Below are positions 18,550-28,102 of a stretch of 64,000 nt of DNA, piece by piece (position 1 is the stretch's first letter; each line of letters opens with the position of its first letter). The stretch comes from an uncultured delta proteobacterium. Its GTDB lineage: Bacteria > Desulfobacterota > BSN033 > UBA1163. The notes under the pieces are model-generated. The model had not been told where the DNA came from. It made no database searches and saw only the letters and a program-made list of their open reading frames with translations. The position numbers and the translations under genes are program-made. The stretch lies in assembly GCA_963827685.1 (NCBI GenBank), contig CAWHBU010000003.1, positions 128,001 to 192,000 on the forward strand, read 5' to 3'.

Positions 18550-20094
18550 ATGATTAAAACAGTTGAACAGTATCTTGAAAGCTTGAACGACGGTAGGCAA
18601 ATCTGGTGTCTGGGGGAAAAGGTATCCGATGTTCGTACCCACCCTACCCTCAGCAGCATCATCAAAACCGCCTGCATGGACTATGTCCTGCCCAACCATC
18701 CCGGTTTCCGGAACTTGTTCGTAACGAAGAACGAGGACGGAGAGGATATTAATTTCCTGCTCACCTCCCCCAAAACGCCGGAAGATCTCTTGAGAAGAAG
18801 AGAATGCTACATCAACGGCGTCAGATCCGGTGGAGGGGTGATGGTTCATTGCATGGGCGCTGATGCGCTCGCCGCCTTTACGGTTGCGGCCGGGGTCATG
18901 GATAAGGAAATCGGGACCCATTATACGGAGCGGGTGGAGAATTATCGGAAGCTGCTTCAAAAGCAGGACCTGGCCATTACCGGAGCCATTACGGATGTAA
19001 AAGGAGACAGGAGCCTGCATCCTTCGAAACAGAAACAGCACAAGGACTATTATCTGAGAATCGTGGATAAACCGAAAGACGGGATCGTGGTGAGAGGAGC
19101 CAAGGTGCATATCAGCGCTACCCCCTGTGCCAATGAAGCCCTCTGCCTGCCCTGCCGGACCCATGGTGAGGAAGATAAGGATTATGCCCTGGGCTTTGCC
19201 ATCCCGCTCAATGCACCCGGGATTAAACTTATCGCCGTGGAGCCCGTGTCACGCACCTACGGGGAAGAAGGCGAATTTGATTATCCCAAGACGAGTGTCA
19301 CCCAGCCTACAGAGTGTCTGATTGTTTTCGACGATGTGTTTGTGCCGTGGGAGCGGGTGTTCATGTGCAGGGAGTGGCAGTTCAGCCGCCATCTGGCTTA
19401 TGCCTTTGCCAGTTATCACCGTCTTTTCGGCACCTGTAAAATGGTCGGAAAGCTCGAAATCATCACCGGGGCGGCCGCCTTGATCGCCGAGTATAACGGG
19501 GTTGAGAACGTCGGTCATGTCCGGAAAAAGCTGGCCTGGATGGCCATGATCACTGAAACGGTGACCCAGTTGGGAAAGGCGGCCTGCCTCGATCCTACAA
19601 AGGAATTCGGGAGCGACGTCGTGATGCCCAACCGGATGGCCATTAATGCCTCCAAGTACACCTTTGCCAGTAATTTTCACCAGATGTGCCAGCACTTACA
19701 GGATATTGCCGGAGGGCTATCAGCAACGGTCCCGACGTTCCGGGATTGGAACAATGCCGAGATCCAGCCCTACATTGAAAAATATCTGGGAGCAAAGGAT
19801 GGGGTTCCGACGGAAGATCGACTTCGGGTGATGCGGCTTTGCAAGGACATGACCTGCAATTTTTACCAGATCGACACCATTCACGGAGAGGGGTCCATGG
19901 CTGCTCAGGAGATGTTCTTATACGGCAGCGCCGACTGGAAAAAACTTAAATCGGCGGCAAAACGGGCCGCCCATGTAGATGGCTGGCAGGATGATCCCAC
20001 CTATGGAAAACTTTTACATCCGAAAGAGCAGGTGAAAATGCCTGCCGTGGATGAATCGTATCAAAGCATACCCAAAACGGCCAAGAGAAAGTAA
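18550..20094 (+). CDS. 4-hydroxybutyryl-CoA dehydratase / HpaB family flavoprotein
   Basis: EQYLESL.DGR, ITDVKGDRS, VVRGAKVH, VFDDVFVPWERVF, HGEGS..AQ. Confidence 0.85.
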   Translation: MIKTVEQYLESLNDGRQIWCLGEKVSDVRTHPTLSSIIKTACMDYVLPNHPGFRNLFVTKNEDGEDINFLLTSPKTPEDLLRRRECYINGVRSGGGVMVHCMGADALAAFTVAAGVMDKEIGTHYTERVENYRKLLQKQDLAITGAITDVKGDRSLHPSKQKQHKDYYLRIVDKPKDGIVVRGAKVHISATPCANEALCLPCRTHGEEDKDYALGFAIPLNAPGIKLIAVEPVSRTYGEEGEFDYPKTSVTQPTECLIVFDDVFVPWERVFMCREWQFSRHLAYAFASYHRLFGTCKMVGKLEIITGAAALIAEYNGVENVGHVRKKLAWMAMITETVTQLGKAACLDPTKEFGSDVVMPNRMAINASKYTFASNFHQMCQHLQDIAGGLSATVPTFRDWNNAEIQPYIEKYLGAKDGVPTEDRLRVMRLCKDMTCNFYQIDTIHGEGSMAAQEMFLYGSADWKKLKSAAKRAAHVDGWQDDPTYGKLLHPKEQVKMPAVDESYQSIPKTAKRK

Positions 20095-20109
20095 CCATGG
20101 GGTGCTATT

Positions 20110-20284
20110 GTAGTGCGTCCAACACTTCTTTACATATTTTACATATAATGTAGCATCAAAACGGTCATTCCTGCCCCGATTTTCATCGGGATAAACTCCA
20201 GCAGGAATCCAGAGGGGCAAAAAGACTGGATTCCGGGTCAAGCCCGGAATGACAATCAAAGTAAAAGGATTTATAACGCACTAC
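20110..20284. mobile_element. MITE/REP composite (TAGTGCGT...ACGCACTA enclosing GTCATTCC...GGAATGAC)
   Basis: Outer IR and inner palindrome both visible. Confidence 0.6.
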
Positions 20285-20327
20285 ACTATGTTATTGATTG
20301 AGAACACACCCAAGAAAGGAAAAAACC

Positions 20328-21116
20328 ATGAATCTTTCACTCTTTTCTCTTGAAGGAAAAGTAGCCCTGATAACCGGCGGGAGTCGCGGCATCGGACGTG
20401 CCAGTGCTCTTGCCCTCGCCGACGCCGGGGCCAGCGTGGTGGTCGCCAGTCGAAAAATCGCCGATCTCGAACCGGTGGCCGAGGAAATAAAATCTAAAGG
20501 CGTCAAGGCAATGGCAATAGCGGCTCACATCGCCAAGATGGAAGACTCCAGGGCGTTGATCGAACAGGCCATGAAGGCATTCGGAAGAATCGATATTCTC
20601 ATGAACAACGCGGGAACCAACCCCTATTACGGCCCGCTCATGGACCAGGATGAGAAGACCTATGATATCACCATGAATGTCAACCTGAAGGGTCTCTTCT
20701 TTCTGAGCCAGCTGGCGGCGAGAGTCATGAAGGCCCAGGGCGGAGGATGCATCATCAATACCTCGTCCATCGGCGGCTTGAGGGCGGGCGAACTGGGCGT
20801 GTACTGTGTGACCAAGGCCGCTGTCATCATGCTCACCCAGGTCATGGCCAAGGAGTGGGGACAGTACAACATCAGAGTGAATGCTATCGCACCGGGGGTC
20901 ATCAAGACGCGGCTCAGCGAAGCCCTGTGGAAAGATCCGGCGGTCAGTGCGAAAGCGGTTGCCCAGGTTCCCCTGATGCGACTCGGCGAGCCGGAAGAAA
21001 TCGCAGGCACCGTCGTGTTCCTGGCCTCTGATGCGGGGAGCTACATTACAGGAGAAACGATCGTGATCGACGGAGGCCGTGTCCACGGCGAACCCGCTCA
21101 TCTGAAAAAGAACTAA
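20328..21116 (+). CDS. SDR family oxidoreductase
   Basis: TGGSRGIG, NNAG, YCVTK, RVNAIAPG. Confidence 0.92.
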   Translation: MNLSLFSLEGKVALITGGSRGIGRASALALADAGASVVVASRKIADLEPVAEEIKSKGVKAMAIAAHIAKMEDSRALIEQAMKAFGRIDILMNNAGTNPYYGPLMDQDEKTYDITMNVNLKGLFFLSQLAARVMKAQGGGCIINTSSIGGLRAGELGVYCVTKAAVIMLTQVMAKEWGQYNIRVNAIAPGVIKTRLSEALWKDPAVSAKAVAQVPLMRLGEPEEIAGTVVFLASDAGSYITGETIVIDGGRVHGEPAHLKKN

Positions 21117-21302
21117 TACAAACGCACTAAATGCTTTTACATTGTCATTGCGAGCGACCAGCGGGAGCGTGGCAATCTCTCTTCATAAGTGCGAGATTGC
21201 GGAGCCTGTTCCGAACAAAGTGAGGAATCTCCGGGTTTGCTTCGGCTTCGCCTCGCAACCATTTCATTCCTCGCAAAGACAATTTATTTAATGCGTTTGT
21301 AT
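21116..21302. mobile_element. MITE (TIR ATACAAACGCA), TA-flanked, enclosing GTCATTGCGAG-type palindrome
   Basis: TA at 21114-15 and 21303-04; overlaps SDR stop codon. Confidence 0.75.
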
Positions 21303-21332
21303 TAATTCCCCACCAAGACAGGAGGAAAGGCA

Positions 21333-21743
21333 ATGCAGGTTAAATCGGTTGATCACATCAGCTATGCTGTCAACGACATCGATAAGGTCGTCGAGGCGTG
21401 GTCGCGGCTATACGGCATCGGACCATGGACCTTTCACGAAAACGGCGGCATGGATGGGAAAGGACGTCCCTGGAAAATACGAATGGCCTTTGCCTACTTA
21501 GGACCCGTTGAGATCGAACTCGTTCAGTGTCTGCAAGGAAAAATCTTCCAGTCCAAGTTTATCGACAAGTGGGGAGAAGGTGTCCATCATCTCGGTTTTT
21601 ACGTTGACGATGTCGACGCGGAAGTGGTAAAATTAGTGAAAGAAGGAGCCACACTGCTCATCCATGATCCGGGCAGATTCGCCTATCTGGATGCAGGTGG
21701 CCCGGGCGGCGCCATCTTCGAACTGATGAAAAGAAGAGACTGA
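21333..21743 (+). CDS. VOC/glyoxalase family protein (methylmalonyl-CoA epimerase-like)
   Basis: DHISYAV.D, EIELVQ, GEGVHHLGF.VDD, FEL. Confidence 0.85.
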   Translation: MQVKSVDHISYAVNDIDKVVEAWSRLYGIGPWTFHENGGMDGKGRPWKIRMAFAYLGPVEIELVQCLQGKIFQSKFIDKWGEGVHHLGFYVDDVDAEVVKLVKEGATLLIHDPGRFAYLDAGGPGGAIFELMKRRD

Positions 21744-21796
21744 CCTGAAAAGTCTGTTATGTCAGCGTGATGATGAGTTTAAGAGTATTACGACTG

Positions 21797-21950
21797 TAAA
21801 CCCCGTTAGAAATTCCAGTCGTTGCGACTCGAAACCGAGCGGGGCATTAAACCCCGCCGGAATTATTCTAAAATCTAACCCCGCTGGCAGAGCCCTGAAC
21901 CGCATGGTGTACAGGGCAGAGCAGCGGGGCATCATTTCTAACGGGGTAAA
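21797..21950. mobile_element. MITE-like element, copy 2, with extra GCCCTG..CAGGGC hairpin insert
   Basis: Reverse complement of 4272-4395 plus ~30-nt insert. Confidence 0.75.
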
Positions 21951-22195
21951 GGGAAGAATAAATGCCAAAATTAGAATGTCCAAAATGTAAAGAAGGATTG
22001 GGTGAGATCATCAGGGTGATCGAAGTGCGGTGTCGCTTTGATGAGAAGGCGGATGATTATCTTACCGAAGCAGAGGGGGACCGCTTTATCGATCTTTGCC
22101 CGATATGCAGGACAGAGCTTGAGATCTTTTAGATCAGTGGCCAACGGGTAAGTGTTATCCCGCCGTCTCATTACCTCGGCAAGGAGGAGAAAAGC

Positions 22196-22708
22196 ATGGA
22201 TGTGTTTACTGCTATTAGCCAGAGAAGCAGCGTGAGAGCGTACAAAGCTACGGATATTGGAGAGGATAAAATAAAAAGGATACTGGAAGCAGTTAGGCTT
22301 TCCCCTTCTGCCAGCAACCGCCAGGAATGGAAATTTATCGTTGTGAAGAATAAGGAAACAAGGAAGAAGCTGGCCAACGCTGCCTTCGGACAGTCTTTTA
22401 TCGGAGAAGCACCGGTCGTCATTGTTGCCTGTGGGACGGAATCGAAGTCCATCATGGCTTGCGGCCAACCCGCTCACACGGTGGATGTATCCATCGCCTG
22501 TGCGTTTATGATCCTGCAGGCCTATGAAATGGGTTTGGGGACTTGTTGGATCGGTGCTTTTAAGGAAGAGGATGTTAAGAAAATTCTGAAGATCCCAGAA
22601 CACGTTCGGGTGGTCGCGATGATTCCCCTGGGATACCCGAATCAACCCCCCTCAGAAAAATCCAGAAAGAGCTTGGATCAAATCGTTTGCTTTGAGAAGT
22701 ATGAATGA
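22196..22708 (+). CDS. Nitroreductase family protein
   Basis: [25 protein letters not shown]. Confidence 0.92.
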   Translation: MDVFTAISQRSSVRAYKATDIGEDKIKRILEAVRLSPSASNRQEWKFIVVKNKETRKKLANAAFGQSFIGEAPVVIVACGTESKSIMACGQPAHTVDVSIACAFMILQAYEMGLGTCWIGAFKEEDVKKILKIPEHVRVVAMIPLGYPNQPPSEKSRKSLDQIVCFEKYE

Positions 22709-22838
22709 AAAGGAAACCGGCCTTGCCCTTGCCTCGTAGAGAGGGAATTGGGCTTCCATGGTGGCGTCATTGATTATGATAGGATAATGCGGCGGTGCAG
22801 GTATTTGCCGTAAAGGGACTCAAATCAGGAATCTGTAA

Positions 22839-23951
22839 TCACACCAGGATCTCCTTCAACGCCCCCATCAATGAATGGATGCTCTGGATGCGGCAGGTCT
22901 CACCCATCAGGCCGATTCTCCAGATCTTGCCTTTGAGCTGACCCAATCCTCCTCCGACTTCGATACTATATTGCTCCAAGAGTCTTTTTCGTGTCGGAAC
23001 ATCATCAATCCAGTCGGGGAGGGTGACGGAGGTTAGCATAGGCAAACGATATCCTTCCTGGGCAAAGAGCTTAAATCCAAACCCCTCCAACTCCATCTTT
23101 AGTCGATCCCCTAATGTTTGATGGCGCTGAAATCTTGCCTCAAGTCCTTCCTCGAAGATGATTCTCAATCCTTCTCTCAATGCATAGAGCATCGAGATAG
23201 GGGCGGTGTGGTGATAAAAACGTTCTTCACCCCAATATCGCTCGATCATCGTGAGATCCAGGTACCAGCTTTGGACCTTCTTCTTCCTCGAATGTAATAC
23301 ATCCATTCCCTTCTGGTTGATGGTAATAGGAGAAAGCCCAGGAGGAACGCTTAAACATTTCTGAGTCCCACTGTAACAGATATCGATCCCCCAATCATCC
23401 ACCTTGACCTCGCAACCGCCCAGAGAGGTGACCGTATCCACTAAGAATAAAATCTCCTTCGATTTACAGAAACCTCCGATTTCTTCCAAAGGCTGCCGAG
23501 CCCCGGTAGAGGTCTCGGCATGGACGACTGCACAGAGCTTTGCGTCCGGGTTTCTTTTCATGGCCTGGATCATTCTTTCGGGTTCGATGATCTTACCCCA
23601 TTCCCCTTCGACTCGGATCACCCTTGCCCCGGAACGCTCTGCCACGTCCGACATCCGTTCCCCAAACAGTCCGTTCACTCCGATGATGATCGTATCTCCC
23701 TGTTCTATAAAATTGACAAAGGCGGCCTCCATGCCAGCACTTCCAGTTCCTGAGATCGGAATGGTGAGACGATTTTTCGTCTGAAATAGATTTCTCAACA
23801 GATGGCAAGTATCATCCATCATATACAGGAATTGGGGATCTAAATGGCCCACCAAAGGTGTACTCATCGCCTTCAAAACGCGGTAATGGACATTGCTTGG
23901 ACCTGGTCCCATTAAAATGCGTGGGATTGGATTCAGTTCTTGCATGATCAA
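22839..23951 (-). CDS. Alanine/serine-glyoxylate aminotransferase (class V PLP)
   Basis: LMGPGPSN, HAETSTG, VDTVTSLG, SGTQKCLSVPPG. Confidence 0.92.
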   Translation of the reverse strand: MIMQELNPIPRILMGPGPSNVHYRVLKAMSTPLVGHLDPQFLYMMDDTCHLLRNLFQTKNRLTIPISGTGSAGMEAAFVNFIEQGDTIIIGVNGLFGERMSDVAERSGARVIRVEGEWGKIIEPERMIQAMKRNPDAKLCAVVHAETSTGARQPLEEIGGFCKSKEILFLVDTVTSLGGCEVKVDDWGIDICYSGTQKCLSVPPGLSPITINQKGMDVLHSRKKKVQSWYLDLTMIERYWGEERFYHHTAPISMLYALREGLRIIFEEGLEARFQRHQTLGDRLKMELEGFGFKLFAQEGYRLPMLTSVTLPDWIDDVPTRKRLLEQYSIEVGGGLGQLKGKIWRIGLMGETCRIQSIHSLMGALKEILV

Positions 23952-24718
23952 ACCTCCTCCAAATCTAATTTCATTCCATCGCTGGCAGCAATGACTTTCA
24001 ACCCCAATTCTTTCTCTAACTCGGCAGCCACAACCCAGGGCTTTGCCTTGATCATTGTCATTCCAAAGTGGGTCAAGATGGTCAACTTTGGTCTGGCTTT
24101 CCTAAGGATCATTTTCACATCTTCGATGGAGAGATGATCAATCGACTCATCACCAATCGGCTTCAGTCGAACTACATGGATGACCAAAATCTCTCCTCCA
24201 TAAAGACTCGGGAGTTCGGGAAAAAATTTTGTATCGGTGATAAAAGAAATCGTACGGGGGGATATCTTAAAATTAATCCCATAGGTCTCGACTCGATGCT
24301 GGTGCTTCCGGGCGGTTGAGAATAGAATGTCTCCGATCCGGTATTCGGAATCCTCCTTCAACACCTCCACTTTTTCAACGTAACCCATTACATATTTTAA
24401 GACAACCGGATCTTCCTCCAGGGCATCCGCGGGAGCGAACAGGACACCCTTTTTCTTAAATCCTCCCTCCGTCATGGCCTCGATCATCACGTTGACATCG
24501 CCGGAATGGTCTAAGTGTTTGTGGGTGAGGAGAATGCCGTCCAATGTAGCAGGCTCTAATTTGGGTTTGCTATTGAGGCACCGGACCAAGGCCCCCGGCC
24601 CGGGATCGATGTAGAGATTCGTCTTACCCACTGAGAGCCACACTCCACCAGAGGCCCGGAGTTGCTTCATCACCACAAATCGGGCACCTGCCGTGCCTAA
24701 GAATTTGATGAAAGACAT
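23948..24718 (-). CDS. MBL-fold metallo-hydrolase
   Basis: FLGTAG, IDPGPG, THKHLDH, THFG. Confidence 0.88.
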   Translation of the reverse strand: MSFIKFLGTAGARFVVMKQLRASGGVWLSVGKTNLYIDPGPGALVRCLNSKPKLEPATLDGILLTHKHLDHSGDVNVMIEAMTEGGFKKKGVLFAPADALEEDPVVLKYVMGYVEKVEVLKEDSEYRIGDILFSTARKHQHRVETYGINFKISPRTISFITDTKFFPELPSLYGGEILVIHVVRLKPIGDESIDHLSIEDVKMILRKARPKLTILTHFGMTMIKAKPWVVAAELEKELGLKVIAASDGMKLDLEEV

Positions 24719-24766
24719 ATGATCTGAACGAATAGAACGGATGATAGCAAATCAATCGAACAACAA

Positions 24767-24919
24767 TAGTGAACGCCTTAATAAAGTGGTCATTGCGAGG
24801 AGCGAAGCGACGTGGCAATCCCGTGAGATTGCTTCACTTCGCCCTGAACACCATGCGGTGCAGGGCTTCGTTCGCAATGACACGACGCGGATGTCAACTT
24901 ATTTATGGCGTTCACTATA
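24767..24919. mobile_element. MITE/REP composite (TAGTGAACGCC...GGCGTTCACTA)
   Basis: Outer IR enclosing GTCATTGCGAGGAGCGAAGCGACG...GCAATGAC with nested GCCCTG hairpin. Confidence 0.7.
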
Positions 24920-24960
24920 ATTAAAATTAATATAATTCCTCAAGTTCGGTGTCATTCCCC

Positions 24961-25164
24961 AAATCCCGATTTAGAAAAGGAAACCCTTTTGCCCACATGT
25001 CATTGCGAGCACCTGAAAGGTGCGTGCCTGCACGCCGAAGTGCTTGCCTTTGTTGAAGCGGATACTTGCAGCCAAACGTTCCGGCACGCAGGCGTGGCAA
25101 TCTCTTTGAAAAAAGCGAGACTGCTTCGTTTCACTCGCAGAGACAGTTTCCTAAATCGAGATTT
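24961..25164. mobile_element. MITE/REP composite (AAATCCCGATTTAG...CTAAATCGAGATTT)
   Basis: Outer IR enclosing GTCATTGCGAG unit and nested GCCTGC..GCAGGC hairpin. Confidence 0.6.
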
Positions 25165-25176
25165 GTGTCATTCGAA

Positions 25177-25554
25177 TCATTCGCCTTTCTCCAGTTCTCT
25201 TAACCTCTCATCATCCAGTCCGAAGTAGTGCCCCACCTCATGGATGACCACTTCTCTGACCTTCTCTTCAATCTCCTCCTGTGTTTGACACATCGACTCG
25301 ATGGGGATCTGAAAGAGCGTGATCTTATCCGGAAGGACGTTCCCGTAATAAAATCCTCTTCGGTCTAAAGGGACGCCTTGATAAAGTCCTAATAATTCGA
25401 AAGGGGATCGCAGATCCATCTCTGAAAGAAGATCTCGCGAGGCTCGGTCCTCTACGACCACATCCACATTCTTCATTTTCTTCTTAAAAAATTTAGGAAG
25501 TCTCTTCAGCGCTAAAACCACTAACTCCTCGAATTCTCGTCTGGTCAGCCTCAT
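25177..25554 (-). CDS. Zincin-like metallopeptidase family protein (DUF1025-like)
   Basis: LLGLYQGVP, PDKITLF, HEVGHYFG. Confidence 0.88.
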   Translation of the reverse strand: MRLTRREFEELVVLALKRLPKFFKKKMKNVDVVVEDRASRDLLSEMDLRSPFELLGLYQGVPLDRRGFYYGNVLPDKITLFQIPIESMCQTQEEIEEKVREVVIHEVGHYFGLDDERLRELEKGE

Positions 25555-25562
25555 AGTAATTA

Positions 25563-25682
25563 ATACGAACGTATTAATTTTTTTACCCCCCCACCCTCCC
25601 CTCCCCCTCAAGGGGGGAGGGTTAGCCTGCCTGCCGGTAGGCAGGGAAGAGGGTGATGTCACTTTATTTAATGCGTTTGCAT
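25563..25682. mobile_element. MITE (degenerate ATACAAACGCA TIR), TA-flanked, different internal cargo
   Basis: TIR family shared with 18289 and 21116; cargo is CCCTCCCC/GGGGGAGG plus CCTGCCTGCCGGTAGGCAGG. Confidence 0.65.
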
Positions 25683-25683
25683 T

Positions 25684-25759
25684 AGTTCGGAGTGATTAGT
25701 TTCGCGTTCGGAGCATTGGATCTTGAAACCCCGAACTTTGAACTCCGAACTCAAAACTC
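25684..25759. repeat. Tandem-heptamer hairpin (GAGTTCG/CGAACTC family)
   Basis: Opposed 7-mer arrays; same family at 47550 and 59916. Confidence 0.7.
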
Positions 25760-25769
25760 GATTCGCCTC

Positions 25770-26536
25770 CTATCTACCGATGATATACCGTTTTGGATCT
25801 ACCTTATTCCGCAGGATCTCCAACTCTTCTTTAGTGGGAGGAGGAGTTTTGACAATCTCCTTGGCTTTGAGGAGTACGAAGCCACAATTTGCCTGTATCT
25901 CCTCGAGGGTACAACCCTGGTGGATGGACTCGATGCGCATACGCTTGGTCTCTTCGTCAAATCCCATCACGGCCATATTGGTAATCACTTTGTACGGGCC
26001 GGTATTGGCCGGCAATCCTGCCCTCTCTCGAGCGCCAGGACCATCGAGATATCCTGGTGAAGTGATAAAATTAACCTTCGGTACGAACCTCTTCGCATCC
26101 TGAGGCGTGATGACCATAATTTTCCAACAGAAGGAGGCAAAATCATTTGCCCCTCCAGATCCAGGAAAGCGTACCTGAGGTTTTCGCCAATCTCCGATGA
26201 CAGTGGAGTTGAGGTTTCCATACATATCGATTTGAGCTCCTCCCAAAAAGGTGTAGTCAACCATTCCTCGTTGAGAGATTTCCATGATATCGCACATTCC
26301 GCTCGCCATGACCGCTTTGTAAAAAGTCCGTGAATCACCAACGGAAATCGGCATGGTGGGGAGCAGAGGCGCAATGCCTCCGGCTTCGAACATGATCACC
26401 AAGTTGGGAGCATGGGTTTTCTGAGCGAGCATGGCCGCTGCACAGGGGGTCCCGTCCCTACTCCTACGCTTCTCCCATCCTCCAGATTGCGCGCAGCCGC
26501 CACAATCATCATTTCTGTAGCGTTATAATTGGCCAT
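25770..26536 (-). pseudogene. Family I CoA-transferase subunit B (GctB-like) with 1-nt frameshift near 26446-26450
   Basis: ATG 26536 MANYNATEMIVAAAR..GVGTG, then frame change to PCAAAMLAQ..FEAG, GGAQIDMYGNLN, GSGGAND; may be a sequencing error. Confidence 0.75.
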
Positions 26537-26541
26537 CTTGA

Positions 26542-27552
26542 TCACTCCCTCTTCTTCGATTCGATAAGATTTTCCTGATCTCGAAGTTCGCTAATCCGCT
26601 GAATGCCTCCGCAGAGCTCTAAGTATTCATTGAAATCCTTGGTTCCATAGATATACTTTTCTAAGAATTTTTTGAATCTCTCGGGATTCTTCTCCGTCTC
26701 CAACCAGAGCCTTAAATGTTCCTCATCAGAGAAGTACTCATAGGGCATATTTCCGGGATAGCTCCCATAGGGCACTTCGCATACCGCATCGACCAGGAGA
26801 TAAGGAATAACGGTAAGCGAGGGATTATTCCGAATCTCCTCATTATGAACTAACCGCTCACAAGTAATGATCAGGTGTTTGGAGGCACGGGCAAGTTCCA
26901 AATCCGCAATGGATATTCCTCTTATTCTGGCGTTCCCATGGATATCGGCTTCATGAACATGAATGGCTGAAACGTCGGGCCAAAGGGCAGGATACAGAGT
27001 ATAGAGTTGCCCTGTGAAAGGACATTTCGCCAATTTGGCCGCGCTGTATTTAAAAGTATCCGTCCCCATGAGGTTGCGCCCTGGTAAGTAAGAAACTCCC
27101 ATTGCCGCAGCCTTGAGGCGAAGGGCCATAGAATAGTTGGACCATTCACAGCACTCTACCTTGCCACTTTCCATATACCGGCGAGCATTGGGAGAAAGCC
27201 CCCTCGCTTCTAACCCGACAATGTAGGCGATATCGCAGCGATTAAAAACTTCTCCCGCTGCCAAGATTTGAAAATCATGGGTAGAAGTATGACCGGCAAA
27301 AGCAAGATTCTTCTTCCTCTGTCTGACGATCTCATGACAGATTGCTGTGGGAATGCGGTTGGCTCCAAATCCACCAATGGCTAAATAGTCTCCATCATGG
27401 ATGAAGAGATCGACCGCCTCCTTCACCGACATGGATTTATTCACTAAGGCTCTATTTTTATGTCGAAAAAATTCCCTCGCCTTTTCAGCATCGGGATTCA
27501 CAAAAAGAGGGCCTTCCCCCTGAACATTCACTTCCACCATATCCTCCCCCAT
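26542..27552 (-). CDS. Family I CoA-transferase subunit A (GctA-like)
   Basis: IHDGD..AIGGF, LKAAAMG, IHVHEADIHGN, PYGSYP. Confidence 0.88.
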   Translation of the reverse strand: MGEDMVEVNVQGEGPLFVNPDAEKAREFFRHKNRALVNKSMSVKEAVDLFIHDGDYLAIGGFGANRIPTAICHEIVRQRKKNLAFAGHTSTHDFQILAAGEVFNRCDIAYIVGLEARGLSPNARRYMESGKVECCEWSNYSMALRLKAAAMGVSYLPGRNLMGTDTFKYSAAKLAKCPFTGQLYTLYPALWPDVSAIHVHEADIHGNARIRGISIADLELARASKHLIITCERLVHNEEIRNNPSLTVIPYLLVDAVCEVPYGSYPGNMPYEYFSDEEHLRLWLETEKNPERFKKFLEKYIYGTKDFNEYLELCGGIQRISELRDQENLIESKKRE

Positions 27553-28102
27553 TGATTTGCCTGATCATGTCTCCGATGGAGCCTCATGAGTTACGGCAAA
27601 TGATTAAATAAGAACATTGGGCACGCCTATCTGGAATTAATTGAATAGCACTCTTAAGATTTCCCGTCAAGAAGTATTTGCCCAAAAAAAATAGATATTG
27701 ACTCGATCCAGTTCCCCCTCTCCCTTGATGCCTGCCTGCGCGAAGCCGCTTCGGCGAAGGCAGGGGAGAGGGCTGGGTCGCCGACGCGCCATAGCCTGCC
27801 TTCGCCGAAAAGCTCTCGTGTGCCGGAGAACTTCTTCGGCGAGCAGGTCGTGCAGGCAGGCCGCTTTGGCGACGGCGCGGTGAGGGTACATTATCACCAT
27901 TTCTATCCCCCTCCCCTTAATTCCCTCCCGCCAGGGGAGGGGATTTTTTTGGGTTTGTCTTTCTCAATGTCTATTTTTCGGTGCCGGAAAAAAATGCGTT
28001 CAGCCCATAGTGCTTTGCGCATCGTCTTGGAAGAATGATAGCCCCACCTTTGAGCCGAAAACTTTTATTTTCCAACCTAATATGTTATTAGTTTTTTCAT
28101 AA

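Noticed and set aside
18517-21101. Long antisense ORFs (18517..19164, 20337..21101; similarly 55478..56347)
   Set aside because: Shadows of well-supported genes on the opposite strand.
24905-25228. ORFs within palindromic repeats (also 4227..4451, 21762..21983, 27667..28038)
   Set aside because: They translate MITE/REP sequence and have no protein motifs.
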